Shown here: piece by piece, positions 49,035-57,952 of the stretch
How positions within the stretch are numbered: the first letter of the stretch is position 1
How the letters are laid out: the number at the start of each line of letters is the position of its first letter
Source: Candidatus Poseidoniaceae archaeon
Lineage (GTDB): Archaea; Thermoplasmatota; Poseidoniia; Poseidoniales; Poseidoniaceae
Length of the DNA stretch: 64,000 nucleotides
Assembly: GCA_965659685.1 (NCBI GenBank)
Contig: CBFHXB010000013.1
Location: forward strand, 215 to 64,214
Direction: 5' to 3'
Notes under the pieces: model-generated
What the model saw: only the letters and a program-made list of their open reading frames with translations
The model's database searches: none
What the model was told of the DNA's origin: nothing
Program-made: the position numbers and the translations under genes

Positions 49035-50237
49035 ATGGTCAACGCCTCAGATTTCCCCATCCTTTCCCGGAAGGTGAACGGCAAGCGCTTGATCTACCTC
49101 GACAACGCGGCTACGACGCAGAAACCTCAGGTCGTCATCGATGCGATGAACCGCTACTACACGAACAGCAACGCCAACGTTCACCGTGCGGTCCACACCC
49201 TTGCCGGTGAAGCCACCGACGGGTACGAAGCTTGCCGGACCAGCCTCAAAGCGTGGTTCAACGCACCGCGCGTGGTGCTGACCAGCGGGACGACGGAGGC
49301 GATCAACCTCGTCGCCCACGGTTGGGGCCGTGCGAACCTGAAGGAAGGCGACGCCATCGTGTTGACTGAAATGGAACACCACAGCGACATCGTCCCTTGG
49401 CAGATGCTCTCAAAGGAGCGCGGTGTCGAACTGCGTTACGTTCCGGTCCTCGAGGACATGACCCTCGACATGGACGCCTACACCGCCTCCCTCCCCGGAG
49501 CGAAACTCGTGTGCGTGGTCCACACGTCCAACGTGCTGGGCGTGCGCAACCCGGTGGAACGCATCATCGAACAGGCCCATGCCTCGGGCGCACGCGTGTT
49601 GCTCGACGCCGCTCAGGGCGCACCGCACACGCGCATCGACGTGACCGAGTTGGACGTTGACTTCCTGGCCGTGTCCGCCCACAAGATGCTCGGTCCGACC
49701 GGCATCGGTTGCCTGACGGTGAAAGAGGACGCCTTCGCCGAAATGGCCCCATTCATGGGCGGCGGAGACATGATCGACCAAGTGACCGTTGAGGGTTCCA
49801 CCTACCAAGAGAACGAGCACAAGTTCGAAGCCGGAACCCCGCGCATCGCCGAAGCCATCGGCTGGAAGGCGGCGATGGATTACCTCGAACAGGTGGACTT
49901 GGACGCGGAACATCATCGCTTGCTCGGCATTGCACGGTGGACCGCCGATGCCCTCCGCAACCTCGGTTGCACGGTGTACGGCCGCCATGACGACATGGAT
50001 TCAGCCGTCGTCTCCTTCCTCCACCCTGCGCTGCACGCGGAGGACATGGCGCACCTGCTTGACGCCCAAGGCTTCGCGGTCCGAACGGGCCATCACTGCG
50101 CGCAGCCCTTGCTCCATCGCTTGGGCATCTCAAGCACGGTCAGGGCCTCGTTCTACCTCTACAACACGATGGAAGAAGCAGAAGGCCTCGTCGAGGCCCT
50201 CAGCCACGTGTTGGAACGTTTCGGAGGGTCGGCATGA
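49035..50237 (+). CDS. sufS: cysteine desulfurase SufS
   Basis: YLDNAATTQKP, EHHS, SAHKMLGPTG, EAGTP and RTGHHCAQP. Confidence 0.97.
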   Translation: MVNASDFPILSRKVNGKRLIYLDNAATTQKPQVVIDAMNRYYTNSNANVHRAVHTLAGEATDGYEACRTSLKAWFNAPRVVLTSGTTEAINLVAHGWGRANLKEGDAIVLTEMEHHSDIVPWQMLSKERGVELRYVPVLEDMTLDMDAYTASLPGAKLVCVVHTSNVLGVRNPVERIIEQAHASGARVLLDAAQGAPHTRIDVTELDVDFLAVSAHKMLGPTGIGCLTVKEDAFAEMAPFMGGGDMIDQVTVEGSTYQENEHKFEAGTPRIAEAIGWKAAMDYLEQVDLDAEHHRLLGIARWTADALRNLGCTVYGRHDDMDSAVVSFLHPALHAEDMAHLLDAQGFAVRTGHHCAQPLLHRLGISSTVRASFYLYNTMEEAEGLVEALSHVLERFGGSA

Positions 50238-50650
50238 TCGCAGCCCCGTTGGCCGAAGTGATCCAAGAGCTCGCCGACATCGAGGACCGGATGGAGCGCT
50301 TCGAGTTCATCTTCGCCTTGGCCGAAGACATTCTTGCCTTGCCGATTGAGGCGTGGACCGATGAAAACCGCGTCAAAGGCTGCCAGTCGCAAGCCCACCT
50401 CGAGGTGGGGCTCGAAGACGGGCATGTTCACCTCCGGGGTGGCGCCGACGCGAGGTTGGTGCAGGGCCTGATGGGACTGTTGGCGCTGGGCATGCACGGT
50501 CAACCGCTCGAGGTCGCTCGAGCCATGACAGTGGACCACATCAAAGAAGCCGGCGTGTTGAATTCCCTCACCCCGAGTCGTTCAAACGGCGTGCGCACGA
50601 TGTTCGACATGATCATGCAGGAATTGGAGGCGATGAGCCATGGTGAATGA
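50234..50650 (+). CDS. sufE: sulfur acceptor SufE
   Basis: NRVKGCQS, DARLVQGL and LTPSRSNG. Confidence 0.93.
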   Translation: MIAAPLAEVIQELADIEDRMERFEFIFALAEDILALPIEAWTDENRVKGCQSQAHLEVGLEDGHVHLRGGADARLVQGLMGLLALGMHGQPLEVARAMTVDHIKEAGVLNSLTPSRSNGVRTMFDMIMQELEAMSHGE

Positions 50651-50954
50651 AGACGATGTGTTGAATGCCTTGCAAAGCGTGGAAGACCCTGAATTGGAAA
50701 TCTCCATCGTTGAACTTGGCTTGGTGTACGCCGTTCGCCTCGAAGCCAAGGACGAGGGCCCGCACGCTGAAATCGACATGACCCTGACCAGTCCGGGGTG
50801 CCCGGCCGCGCCAGAAATCATGGCCGCAACGCACCGTGCCGCCCTCAGCAGCGGCCTCAACTCGGTTCACGTGAACCTCGTGTGGACCCCTCGATGGGAC
50901 CCGAGCGTCCACGCCAGCGAAGACGCTCGCATGGACATGGGCATCTGGGACTAA
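50640..50954 (+). CDS. sufT: DUF59/SufT Fe-S maturation protein
   Basis: DPELEISIVELGLVY, TLTSPGCP and VWTPRW. Confidence 0.92.
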   Translation: MVNEDDVLNALQSVEDPELEISIVELGLVYAVRLEAKDEGPHAEIDMTLTSPGCPAAPEIMAATHRAALSSGLNSVHVNLVWTPRWDPSVHASEDARMDMGIWD

Positions 50955-50964
50955 CGTCAGAGCC

Positions 50965-51894
50965 TTGAACCGAAGTCCTCCATCGCAAGCCGTGCGACGG
51001 GCGGGCGTGGCCTTGGACCTCCGAACCTTGCTTGCTGGCGAAGGCGTCGGTGACCTGCGAAAAGCGGCCTTCCGTTGGATTGACCTGCTGGCCGACCTCG
51101 GTCTTGGCCTCTGGCACGTCCCCTGCCTTGCCGCACGGGACGACGGCGGACTGCCGCTGACCGGCTTGGCCATCGACCCCGCCTTCCACCACGGTTTGGC
51201 GGCAGACGTGGACATTGACGACGAACACATCACGGCGTGGCTCAAGGAAGAACCGTGGCGCGTTCACCACGCCGTGCATGCCACGCTCGCTGAATCCGAA
51301 GGCGACGATTGGCGCACGTGGCCGGATGCATACCGGCCCGAAGAGGGCAACCTCAGCGTCGAGGTGGATTCCAACCGGGTTCGGCATCATGCCGGCCTCC
51401 AACTCCAACTGGAGATCGGATGGAAGATGGTGCTGCACCACGCCAATTCACGCCAAGTCATCCTCGTGCTCGACGTCCCGACCGCGATGTCCCCACGCGC
51501 CGTGGAAGCATGGACGCAACAAGGGGAGGAGGCATGGCCTCATCGGGTGATGACGACCGTTCGCCGCGCCCACGTCCTCGGTCTTGGCCCCGGCATGAAC
51601 GCTGACCTCGTGGCCGCCCTACCAGACCTGCCGGTGGGCTTCGTCCTCCACGGTGAGGACCCCGGAGGTGCAGAACTGGGGCGCTTGCGTTGGTCCGACC
51701 GGCGCGACGGCGAGGGCGAAGCCAGTTTTGGACGCCTGACCGAGTCCAGCCATGCCGACCTCCTTGCCCTGCTGGAGGGACCGGCCCGTTGGGTGGCGCC
51801 CTCCTTCCAGGACCTGACTTCGGAAAGCGCTCACCCCTTCGACCCCGACGTCCTCATGCCCTACGCCGTCGCTGCACATGAACGAGGTCGCTGA
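50965..51894 (+). CDS. shortened, degenerate 4-alpha-glucanotransferase (GH77/MalQ)-like protein
   Basis: RRAGVAL...GVGDL..AAFRWIDLL..LG..LW, DWRTWP, LVLDVP....AVEAW and FQDL. Catalytic motifs not recognisable. Confidence 0.65.
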   Translation: MNRSPPSQAVRRAGVALDLRTLLAGEGVGDLRKAAFRWIDLLADLGLGLWHVPCLAARDDGGLPLTGLAIDPAFHHGLAADVDIDDEHITAWLKEEPWRVHHAVHATLAESEGDDWRTWPDAYRPEEGNLSVEVDSNRVRHHAGLQLQLEIGWKMVLHHANSRQVILVLDVPTAMSPRAVEAWTQQGEEAWPHRVMTTVRRAHVLGLGPGMNADLVAALPDLPVGFVLHGEDPGGAELGRLRWSDRRDGEGEASFGRLTESSHADLLALLEGPARWVAPSFQDLTSESAHPFDPDVLMPYAVAAHERGR

Positions 51895-51895
51895 C

Positions 51896-52630
51896 ATGAA
51901 GGCCATCGGCGTGGACGTTGGCGGAAGCGGTTGCAGGCTCGCCGTCGTGAACGTCCACACCGGTCGTATCGAAGGTGACGTTGAGCGGTTGTCGCACGAC
52001 GTGGACACGCCGACGGAACCGATCTTGGACGCCTTGAGCACGGCCCTCAACCGCATGCCGGACCTGCCGGTCGGGCTTGGATTTCCTGGCCGGGTGCACG
52101 GTACGACCGTCCGCACCGCGCCCAACCTTCGCTCGACGTGGCCCGGCACCGACCTCGCTGGGCGCCTCGCACGCCCGGACCTTGTGGTGCTCAACGACGC
52201 GGACGCGGCAGCGGTCGCAGAGGTGCGTCTTGGCTCAGCCGCAGGCGAGGCCGGCACGGTCCTCACCGTCACCGTAGGAACGGGGCTTGGAAGCGGGCTT
52301 CACCGAAACGGACGGCTCGTCCCCGGATGTGAATTCGGTTTGCTGCCTCATCCAACACGTGGCGACGTGCTGGAAACCCACGCCAGCGGGCGAGCGCGTG
52401 ACGTGGAAGGACTCGACCTTGCCGCATGGGCGGACCGGTTCAACGAAGCCTTGGGCGTCATGGAGACCGCCGTTGACGCGGACCTCATCGTTGTGGGCGG
52501 AGGCATCACGGAACACTGGGAGGCCTTCGAAACACGGCTGCAGGCGAACGCAGCCGTACGAAAGGCCAGGTTCGGATCCGATGCGGGCGTGATTGGAGCG
52601 GCCTTGATGGCCGGTCACCTCAACGCTTGA
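51896..52630 (+). CDS. ROK family kinase, polyphosphate glucokinase-like
   Basis: GVDVGGSG, GLGFPG, LNDADAAAVAE and TVGTGLGSG..GRLVP..EFG; no Cys-rich Zn motif. Confidence 0.85.
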   Translation: MKAIGVDVGGSGCRLAVVNVHTGRIEGDVERLSHDVDTPTEPILDALSTALNRMPDLPVGLGFPGRVHGTTVRTAPNLRSTWPGTDLAGRLARPDLVVLNDADAAAVAEVRLGSAAGEAGTVLTVTVGTGLGSGLHRNGRLVPGCEFGLLPHPTRGDVLETHASGRARDVEGLDLAAWADRFNEALGVMETAVDADLIVVGGGITEHWEAFETRLQANAAVRKARFGSDAGVIGAALMAGHLNA

Positions 52631-53735
52631 CGACGATGGTGAGCAGGTCACCGTCCTTCAGCTGATGATCAAGACCCACACGCTGCCAATCGAATTTTGC
52701 GCTTGGTCCCTTGACCTTGCCGTAGCGGAATTTGCGCACAAAATCACGGTGCAATTTCATGCAGATGGTCTCCACCGTCGAGGTGTCCTTGACGATGAGC
52801 GGTTCCTCAAGGTCGGCTTCGCCGCCTTGGGGCTTGAGGAACACGCGCATGAAGCCGAGGTTGTCGTAGATGAAATCCTTGAGTTCCTCAAGCCCTTGCT
52901 CCTTGAACGCAGAAATGCGCATGATGGGCCAGTCCTGTGGGAGCATGGACTCGGAGTGTTGCAGTTGATCCTCCGTGGCGATGTCGATCTTGTTGATGGC
53001 CACGACGGCCTTCTCGTACACGCGGTTCATGGCGAGCGCGTCCACGATTTGCTCCGCCGTGGTGTCGTGACGCAAGGTCACGATGGCGCTGGTGTAGCCG
53101 AAGGTGCGGATGATGGCACCCATCTCTTCGGGGGTCAGGTGGGTTTGCTCCACCGTGGTCCTCACGTCGATGCCGCCCTTGTCCGAGCGGACGATGAACA
53201 CCGGAGGTCGCTCTTCGTTCAGCCGGAGTCCGGCGTTGTGCAGCTCACGGTACAGCACGTCGAAGTGGCCGTCTTGGAAGGGATCGACCACGAACAGGAC
53301 CATGTCCGCTGCACGGATGACGCCGAGGATTTCCTTCCCGCGCCCTTTTCCCTCCGCTGCACCTTTGATCAGTCCCGGCAAGTCGAGGATCTGAATTTTG
53401 GCGCCACGGTGTTCCATCACACCAGGAATGCACGTCAGCGTGGTGAAGGCGTAGGAACCTGTTTCGGAATGCGCGTCCGTAACTTTGGAAATCAAGGTGG
53501 ACTTTCCGACCGAAGGAAAACCGACCAGTGCCACCGTGGCGTCACCTGACTTACGAACCTCGAAGCCCTTGCTTGGACCTGAGCTCCTCGCAGAGGCTGC
53601 GGCCTTTTCCTGCTTGAGTTTGAGTTGGGCAATCTTGGCTTTCAACTTCCCAATGTGGGCGTTCGTGGCCTTGTTTTTTTGGGTCTTATGGATCTCATCC
53701 AAGAGCGCTTGAATCTGCTCCTGGATGGTCGCCAT
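52620..53735 (-). CDS. DRG/Rbg OBG-family GTPase with TGS domain
   Basis: GFPSVGKST, YAFTTLT, DLPG, NKID and a TGS-like C-terminus. Confidence 0.95.
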   Translation of the reverse strand: MATIQEQIQALLDEIHKTQKNKATNAHIGKLKAKIAQLKLKQEKAAASARSSGPSKGFEVRKSGDATVALVGFPSVGKSTLISKVTDAHSETGSYAFTTLTCIPGVMEHRGAKIQILDLPGLIKGAAEGKGRGKEILGVIRAADMVLFVVDPFQDGHFDVLYRELHNAGLRLNEERPPVFIVRSDKGGIDVRTTVEQTHLTPEEMGAIIRTFGYTSAIVTLRHDTTAEQIVDALAMNRVYEKAVVAINKIDIATEDQLQHSESMLPQDWPIMRISAFKEQGLEELKDFIYDNLGFMRVFLKPQGGEADLEEPLIVKDTSTVETICMKLHRDFVRKFRYGKVKGPSAKFDWQRVGLDHQLKDGDLLTIVVKR

Positions 53736-53836
53736 GCGTCGTCCCCGTGTGCGTGGTCCGCGAGTCAGGCTTCAACCTCACCCATGGAACAGGCCCGAGA
53801 GCGAGGCTTGAAACAGGCGAGGCACGCGCTCAGCGC

Positions 53837-54538
53837 ATGGGCCTCGAGTTGGTGCTCCTCCTCGTGGACCGACCACAGCTGGCCGACCTGCTCGAACGCA
53901 CGTGGGAAGACGTGGACGCCGCGATGGACGCAGGGTCGCTCCGAGCAACGCGACCCATGCAGGACGCCCGATTGGTGCGCCCCTTCGACATCGACGCAGA
54001 AGCCGAATGGCTCGATTGGTCCGAGGGCCGAAGCGATGCCGCACGGCATCTCCCGATCCGCGAAGCCTTGGCGACCTGCGAAGACGGCGAGGAAGGGTTG
54101 CTTCACCTCATGCGCTGGGCCAGCCCCGGAGCATGGGAGGTCTGGGAAGGTCGTGCTTTCCTCTATTTTGACGTCCTCCTTGGCCGTGAGGTGGCCCACG
54201 TGGACGACCTGTACGCCGAATCCACGTGGACCGAGATCCTCGCCGAAACAGGCAAACACACCGAGACCGAACTGGTCGAGGCCGTGGTGCTCGATTGGAT
54301 GGGCCGACGAGAAGCACTTGGGGAAACCCTCGACGAGCACCGGGATCCTCGCATCTTACCGACCCATGAGGCTCATGTACGAGCGACTGGGAGCCTGTCC
54401 CATGCGATTGGACGCCTTCAAAATGAGGCTGAACTCGTGGGCATCGTTGGCAGGGAACACCTGACGGCCACGGCGTGGGGACACGGTGCCTGGAACCTGA
54501 CGGAGGTCCTTCAGCACGGGCTTCCTGCACCCGAATGA
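53837..54538 (+). CDS. conserved hypothetical protein
   Basis: Start at ATG 53837, strong GC3 coding bias, no recognised motif. Confidence 0.65.
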   Translation: MGLELVLLLVDRPQLADLLERTWEDVDAAMDAGSLRATRPMQDARLVRPFDIDAEAEWLDWSEGRSDAARHLPIREALATCEDGEEGLLHLMRWASPGAWEVWEGRAFLYFDVLLGREVAHVDDLYAESTWTEILAETGKHTETELVEAVVLDWMGRREALGETLDEHRDPRILPTHEAHVRATGSLSHAIGRLQNEAELVGIVGREHLTATAWGHGAWNLTEVLQHGLPAPE

Positions 54539-54575
54539 CGACGGGTTGAAAGACGGGAGCAGGCAGGCCACCACC

Positions 54576-55094
54576 ATGTCGGAAGACTCGCCTGAGGAGG
54601 AGACGGTCGAGGTGACCGTCGAAGAGCCCGAGGTTGAACCCGAGCCCGTTGACCCGCTGACAGAAGCGCTTCAACGCGCCGAAACCGCAGAGAAAGAAAT
54701 CGCCTACAAGGAGGCGGACCTGCAAAATGCCCGCAAGCGCTTCGCTCAAGACCGGGCAGACCTCGTCCGCTACGGTGCCCAGCACCTCGCACGACGCATG
54801 ATCAGCGTGCTGCTTGACGTGGAACGGGGGTTGAGCACCACGGGGGACGACGACGGTCCAGCCGCAGGCGCCCTCCGCCTCCTGCACGATCGTTTGATCG
54901 CCGAACTCAAGGCCGCAGGCGTGGTTCGCATCGAAGCCAAAGGCCATGCCTTCGACCCGTCGAAGATGGAAGCCATCACGACCGTACCGGCGTCCGACGA
55001 GCACCCTGCGGGCCAGGTGATCGAAGAACTCGAGGCGGGATTCATGCTTCACGACCGCGTGTTGCAGGCCAGCCGTGTCGTCGTGGCCGCGTGA
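54576..55094 (+). CDS. grpE: nucleotide exchange factor GrpE
   Basis: ADLQNARKR, LLDVERG, FDPSKMEA and GFMLHDRVLQASRVVV. Confidence 0.93.
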   Translation: MSEDSPEEETVEVTVEEPEVEPEPVDPLTEALQRAETAEKEIAYKEADLQNARKRFAQDRADLVRYGAQHLARRMISVLLDVERGLSTTGDDDGPAAGALRLLHDRLIAELKAAGVVRIEAKGHAFDPSKMEAITTVPASDEHPAGQVIEELEAGFMLHDRVLQASRVVVAA

Positions 55095-55095
55095 C

Positions 55096-55659
55096 TCAAC
55101 CGACCACGGCGCCCTCGCGAAGCAAGGACAGCCGGTAGAGGGCATCGTGCTCAAGCATCCAAGCGATGACCGCCTCCGGGACGGTCGGTGAGAGAACCGT
55201 TCGTACCGCGTCGTCGTCGCCGACCGTGGAAAGCATGCGGGCCGTTTCCCGGACGCGCCATCCTTCTCGGTCACGGCGGGCCTCCAAAGGAGCCCGAACC
55301 ACGCTCCATCCCGATGCTTCGTAAAGCGCCGCGGTGCCTTCGTCCGAGGTGAGAAGGGTTCCCTCACCGTGAATCGAGGTCGCGTGCTCCACCCATGCGG
55401 GAGGGTCGTTGATGTCCGGGACGTGGCAGACCTTCAGACGGTGCTGTTCTTCTTCGCTGCACGCTGAGGCTGCCCATGCCCAGATCATCGCTTCACGTTC
55501 GTCCGCCGACCAGGGGTTTTGCATGGACGGCTCAGAGGCCGAGGAACCAATGGCGATCATCACGTCGTCGAGGCCTGCATGCCCCAACGCCGCTTCAACC
55601 AAGCCTGCATGCCCACGGTGAAAGGGTTGGAAGCGCCCCAGCACCACGGTGCGAGCCAT
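55096..55659 (-). CDS. nicotinamide-nucleotide adenylyltransferase (NadM type)
   Basis: GRFQPFHRGH, IGS, NPWSADER and PDIN...WVEH. Confidence 0.9.
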   Translation of the reverse strand: MARTVVLGRFQPFHRGHAGLVEAALGHAGLDDVMIAIGSSASEPSMQNPWSADEREAMIWAWAASACSEEEQHRLKVCHVPDINDPPAWVEHATSIHGEGTLLTSDEGTAALYEASGWSVVRAPLEARRDREGWRVRETARMLSTVGDDDAVRTVLSPTVPEAVIAWMLEHDALYRLSLLREGAVVG

Positions 55660-55668
55660 GCGAAAACC

Positions 55669-57000
55669 TCAGTCAAGGTCGAGGTTGGACAGCACCGCTT
55701 CGAGGCGAGCGACTTCTTCTTCGATGGAACGACGCTCCTTGCTGCCGATGCGCTCTTCGAGGCGCTCGGTGAGGATGTTGATGTCTTCCCGGATGGCAAG
55801 ACGCTGACGCTCCGTGCGGCGGTCGATGACCTTCATGCGGGCCTGAGCAGCGTGCTGACGCGCACGCTTCTGGGAGAGCTTCTCCTCGCTTGGCGCAGGT
55901 GCCTTGTCCAACTCGACGGCCACAGGGAAGGGGATCACGATGCCCTCTTGTGTGAACTCCGCGTCAATCATGCTGAGCAGGTTGTCGTTGCCAATCCGCT
56001 TGTCTGCGAATGATGCGAGCCACACGTAGAGCCGGTAGACCTTGGCATAGTCGGACATCTCCAAGAATTCGACGTGAGGAGCCGGGTCGGTCAAGACGTA
56101 CTCGGAGTCCCGTGCCACGCGAAGGAGGGTGTGCTTGACGTGGGCGGATTTCTCCGCGTAATCCACGCCCACGTCCACGCTCAACACCACACGACGAGGA
56201 AGGCCATCTCCGCCGCCACGGGCCATGTTGGTGATGGTGGTGTTGACGAGGGTGTTGTTGGGGATGATGACAAGTTCTTCCTCAAGCGTGAGGATCTTGG
56301 TGGACAACATCCCCATGGCCATGACCGTGCCTTCGATGCCGTCGACGATGATGCGGTCACCGTTGTCGAAGGGTCGGTCCAGGGAGAGCATGAAGGAATT
56401 CATGATGTTCCCCAGCGTGTGCTGGACGGCCAGACCAATGATGATTGAAAACACGGCCAAGGACGCCAAGACGCCGGAGAGGTCGATGGACAACTGCTGT
56501 GCTGCGAGGACGATACCAAAGGCCCAAGCGGACCCGCGAGCGAGGAAGACGAGCAGTGGATTGGATCCTTCGACCTTGACTTCCCGCTTCTTCTGCATGT
56601 TGTCCAAGAAGGTGGTGAAGACCACTTTGAGGGTGGCAGAAAGTGCGGAAGCGGAGATGAGGATGAGGGACGCGTACACGTACGGTGGCATCGTGTCTCC
56701 AAGGTCGTCAAAGAGCCATTGCACCATGAGCAAAACAGCCACCAAGACGACGCTAAGCAAGACGCGACTGGACACGATTTCGACAAGGTCGTCGTCCCAG
56801 GAGGGTTGCGTACGCCCGGCTAGTTTTCGCATGATGCCGAGGATGACCTTGTTGGTGAACAACGCCGCGAAAGCGACGAACAGCACCGCGATGGTGGTTT
56901 GCATCCAAAAGTCGAGACCGTCCATGAAGGACAGGTCAATCAGGGTGTCAGGCACCGCAAACACGTCATTCAGGGGGCGACCCATGCCGAGTTTCGGCAC
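55669..57000 (-). CDS. small-conductance mechanosensitive channel (MscS family) with coiled-coil tail
   Basis: IGLAVQHTLGN, DRPFDNGDRI, IIPN and GIVIPFP. Alternative start at 56985. Confidence 0.92.
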   Translation of the reverse strand: MPKLGMGRPLNDVFAVPDTLIDLSFMDGLDFWMQTTIAVLFVAFAALFTNKVILGIMRKLAGRTQPSWDDDLVEIVSSRVLLSVVLVAVLLMVQWLFDDLGDTMPPYVYASLILISASALSATLKVVFTTFLDNMQKKREVKVEGSNPLLVFLARGSAWAFGIVLAAQQLSIDLSGVLASLAVFSIIIGLAVQHTLGNIMNSFMLSLDRPFDNGDRIIVDGIEGTVMAMGMLSTKILTLEEELVIIPNNTLVNTTITNMARGGGDGLPRRVVLSVDVGVDYAEKSAHVKHTLLRVARDSEYVLTDPAPHVEFLEMSDYAKVYRLYVWLASFADKRIGNDNLLSMIDAEFTQEGIVIPFPVAVELDKAPAPSEEKLSQKRARQHAAQARMKVIDRRTERQRLAIREDINILTERLEERIGSKERRSIEEEVARLEAVLSNLDLD

Positions 57001-57041
57001 GCACGCCCTCTAAGGCCTTCCGCCTGTAGCCAACGCTCAAT

Positions 57042-57329
57042 TCACTCTTCTTCGCCCGTGGGCCCGAGCATGGAGCGCCATTCGAACAGGTCCACGCGGT
57101 GATCCACGTCCACGTCGGAAGAGGTGATGATGCGGGAGACCTTGGCCGGGTCGAGGTCCTCGCCCAAGAGGGAGGACAGACCGTTGAGCAGTTCGGGGCC
57201 GTTGAGCTTCCCGTCCTCGTCGGTGTCGATTTGTTCGAAGGCTTCGTCTGCGGTCATTCCCTTTTCCTTGAGCGCGGCAAGCAAACGCCCGAGGGCGCCC
57301 GCCATGTCCCAATCCATGTCGTTGAGCAT
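57042..57329 (-). CDS. two-EF-hand calcium-binding protein
   Basis: FEQIDTDEDGKLNGPEL and DVDVDHRVDLFEW loops. Confidence 0.8.
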   Translation of the reverse strand: MLNDMDWDMAGALGRLLAALKEKGMTADEAFEQIDTDEDGKLNGPELLNGLSSLLGEDLDPAKVSRIITSSDVDVDHRVDLFEWRSMLGPTGEEE

Positions 57330-57446
57330 GGCAGGGGACCTGCGGGTTCACACTTAGGCCTTCCTTCAGACAAGCAAAGCCCAATCCTCCTCCGAGCCAC
57401 ATTGGTCGGGATGGAGGCAAGCCTCCATCGGGCGTGCTGCATGCCT

Positions 57447-57836
57447 TCAGTAGCACAGCACGGTGTCGGCGGCCGTGGCCAGAGCGATGACGCCAGGCGG
57501 CCCGCTCCAGGTCATGGCCTCGTCGGGAACGATGATGCCACCTTGGCCTTCCTCAATCCCGGCCGTGGCCTTGAGGGAATTGAACGAGCAGTGCCACCGA
57601 GCACCGCTGGCGAGGACGTCCACGAATTGCTGGGCCATCGCGGAAGGCGCGCCGACGCGGCCCATCAAGCCCTCAAGGTAACCCGGCACCAACATGCGCG
57701 TGGCGGCAGCGGCGAAGAAGACGTCCACGTCGTGCCCGTCGTTGACGGCCTGAGCAGCGCAGGCCAAGGCCACCACGGTCTTGCTGGGATCGGTCTCTGG
57801 ATCGGAAACGAACTTGACGAACACGCGGCAGGTCAT
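57447..57836 (-). CDS. DsrE/F family protein
   Basis: ALACAAQAVNDGHDVDVFFAAAA...WHCS...ADTVLCY. Confidence 0.8.
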   Translation of the reverse strand: MTCRVFVKFVSDPETDPSKTVVALACAAQAVNDGHDVDVFFAAAATRMLVPGYLEGLMGRVGAPSAMAQQFVDVLASGARWHCSFNSLKATAGIEEGQGGIIVPDEAMTWSGPPGVIALATAADTVLCY

Positions 57837-57952
57837 GGCTCGGAACCCGCCCTCTCGGACTTGAAGTCACCTATGGGACACCAAGCGGCCAGCCTTGCGG
57901 CTGAGGCTCGTGCGCAGGCCCGGTCATGCCAAGACCCGAGGTCAAGGCAGGC

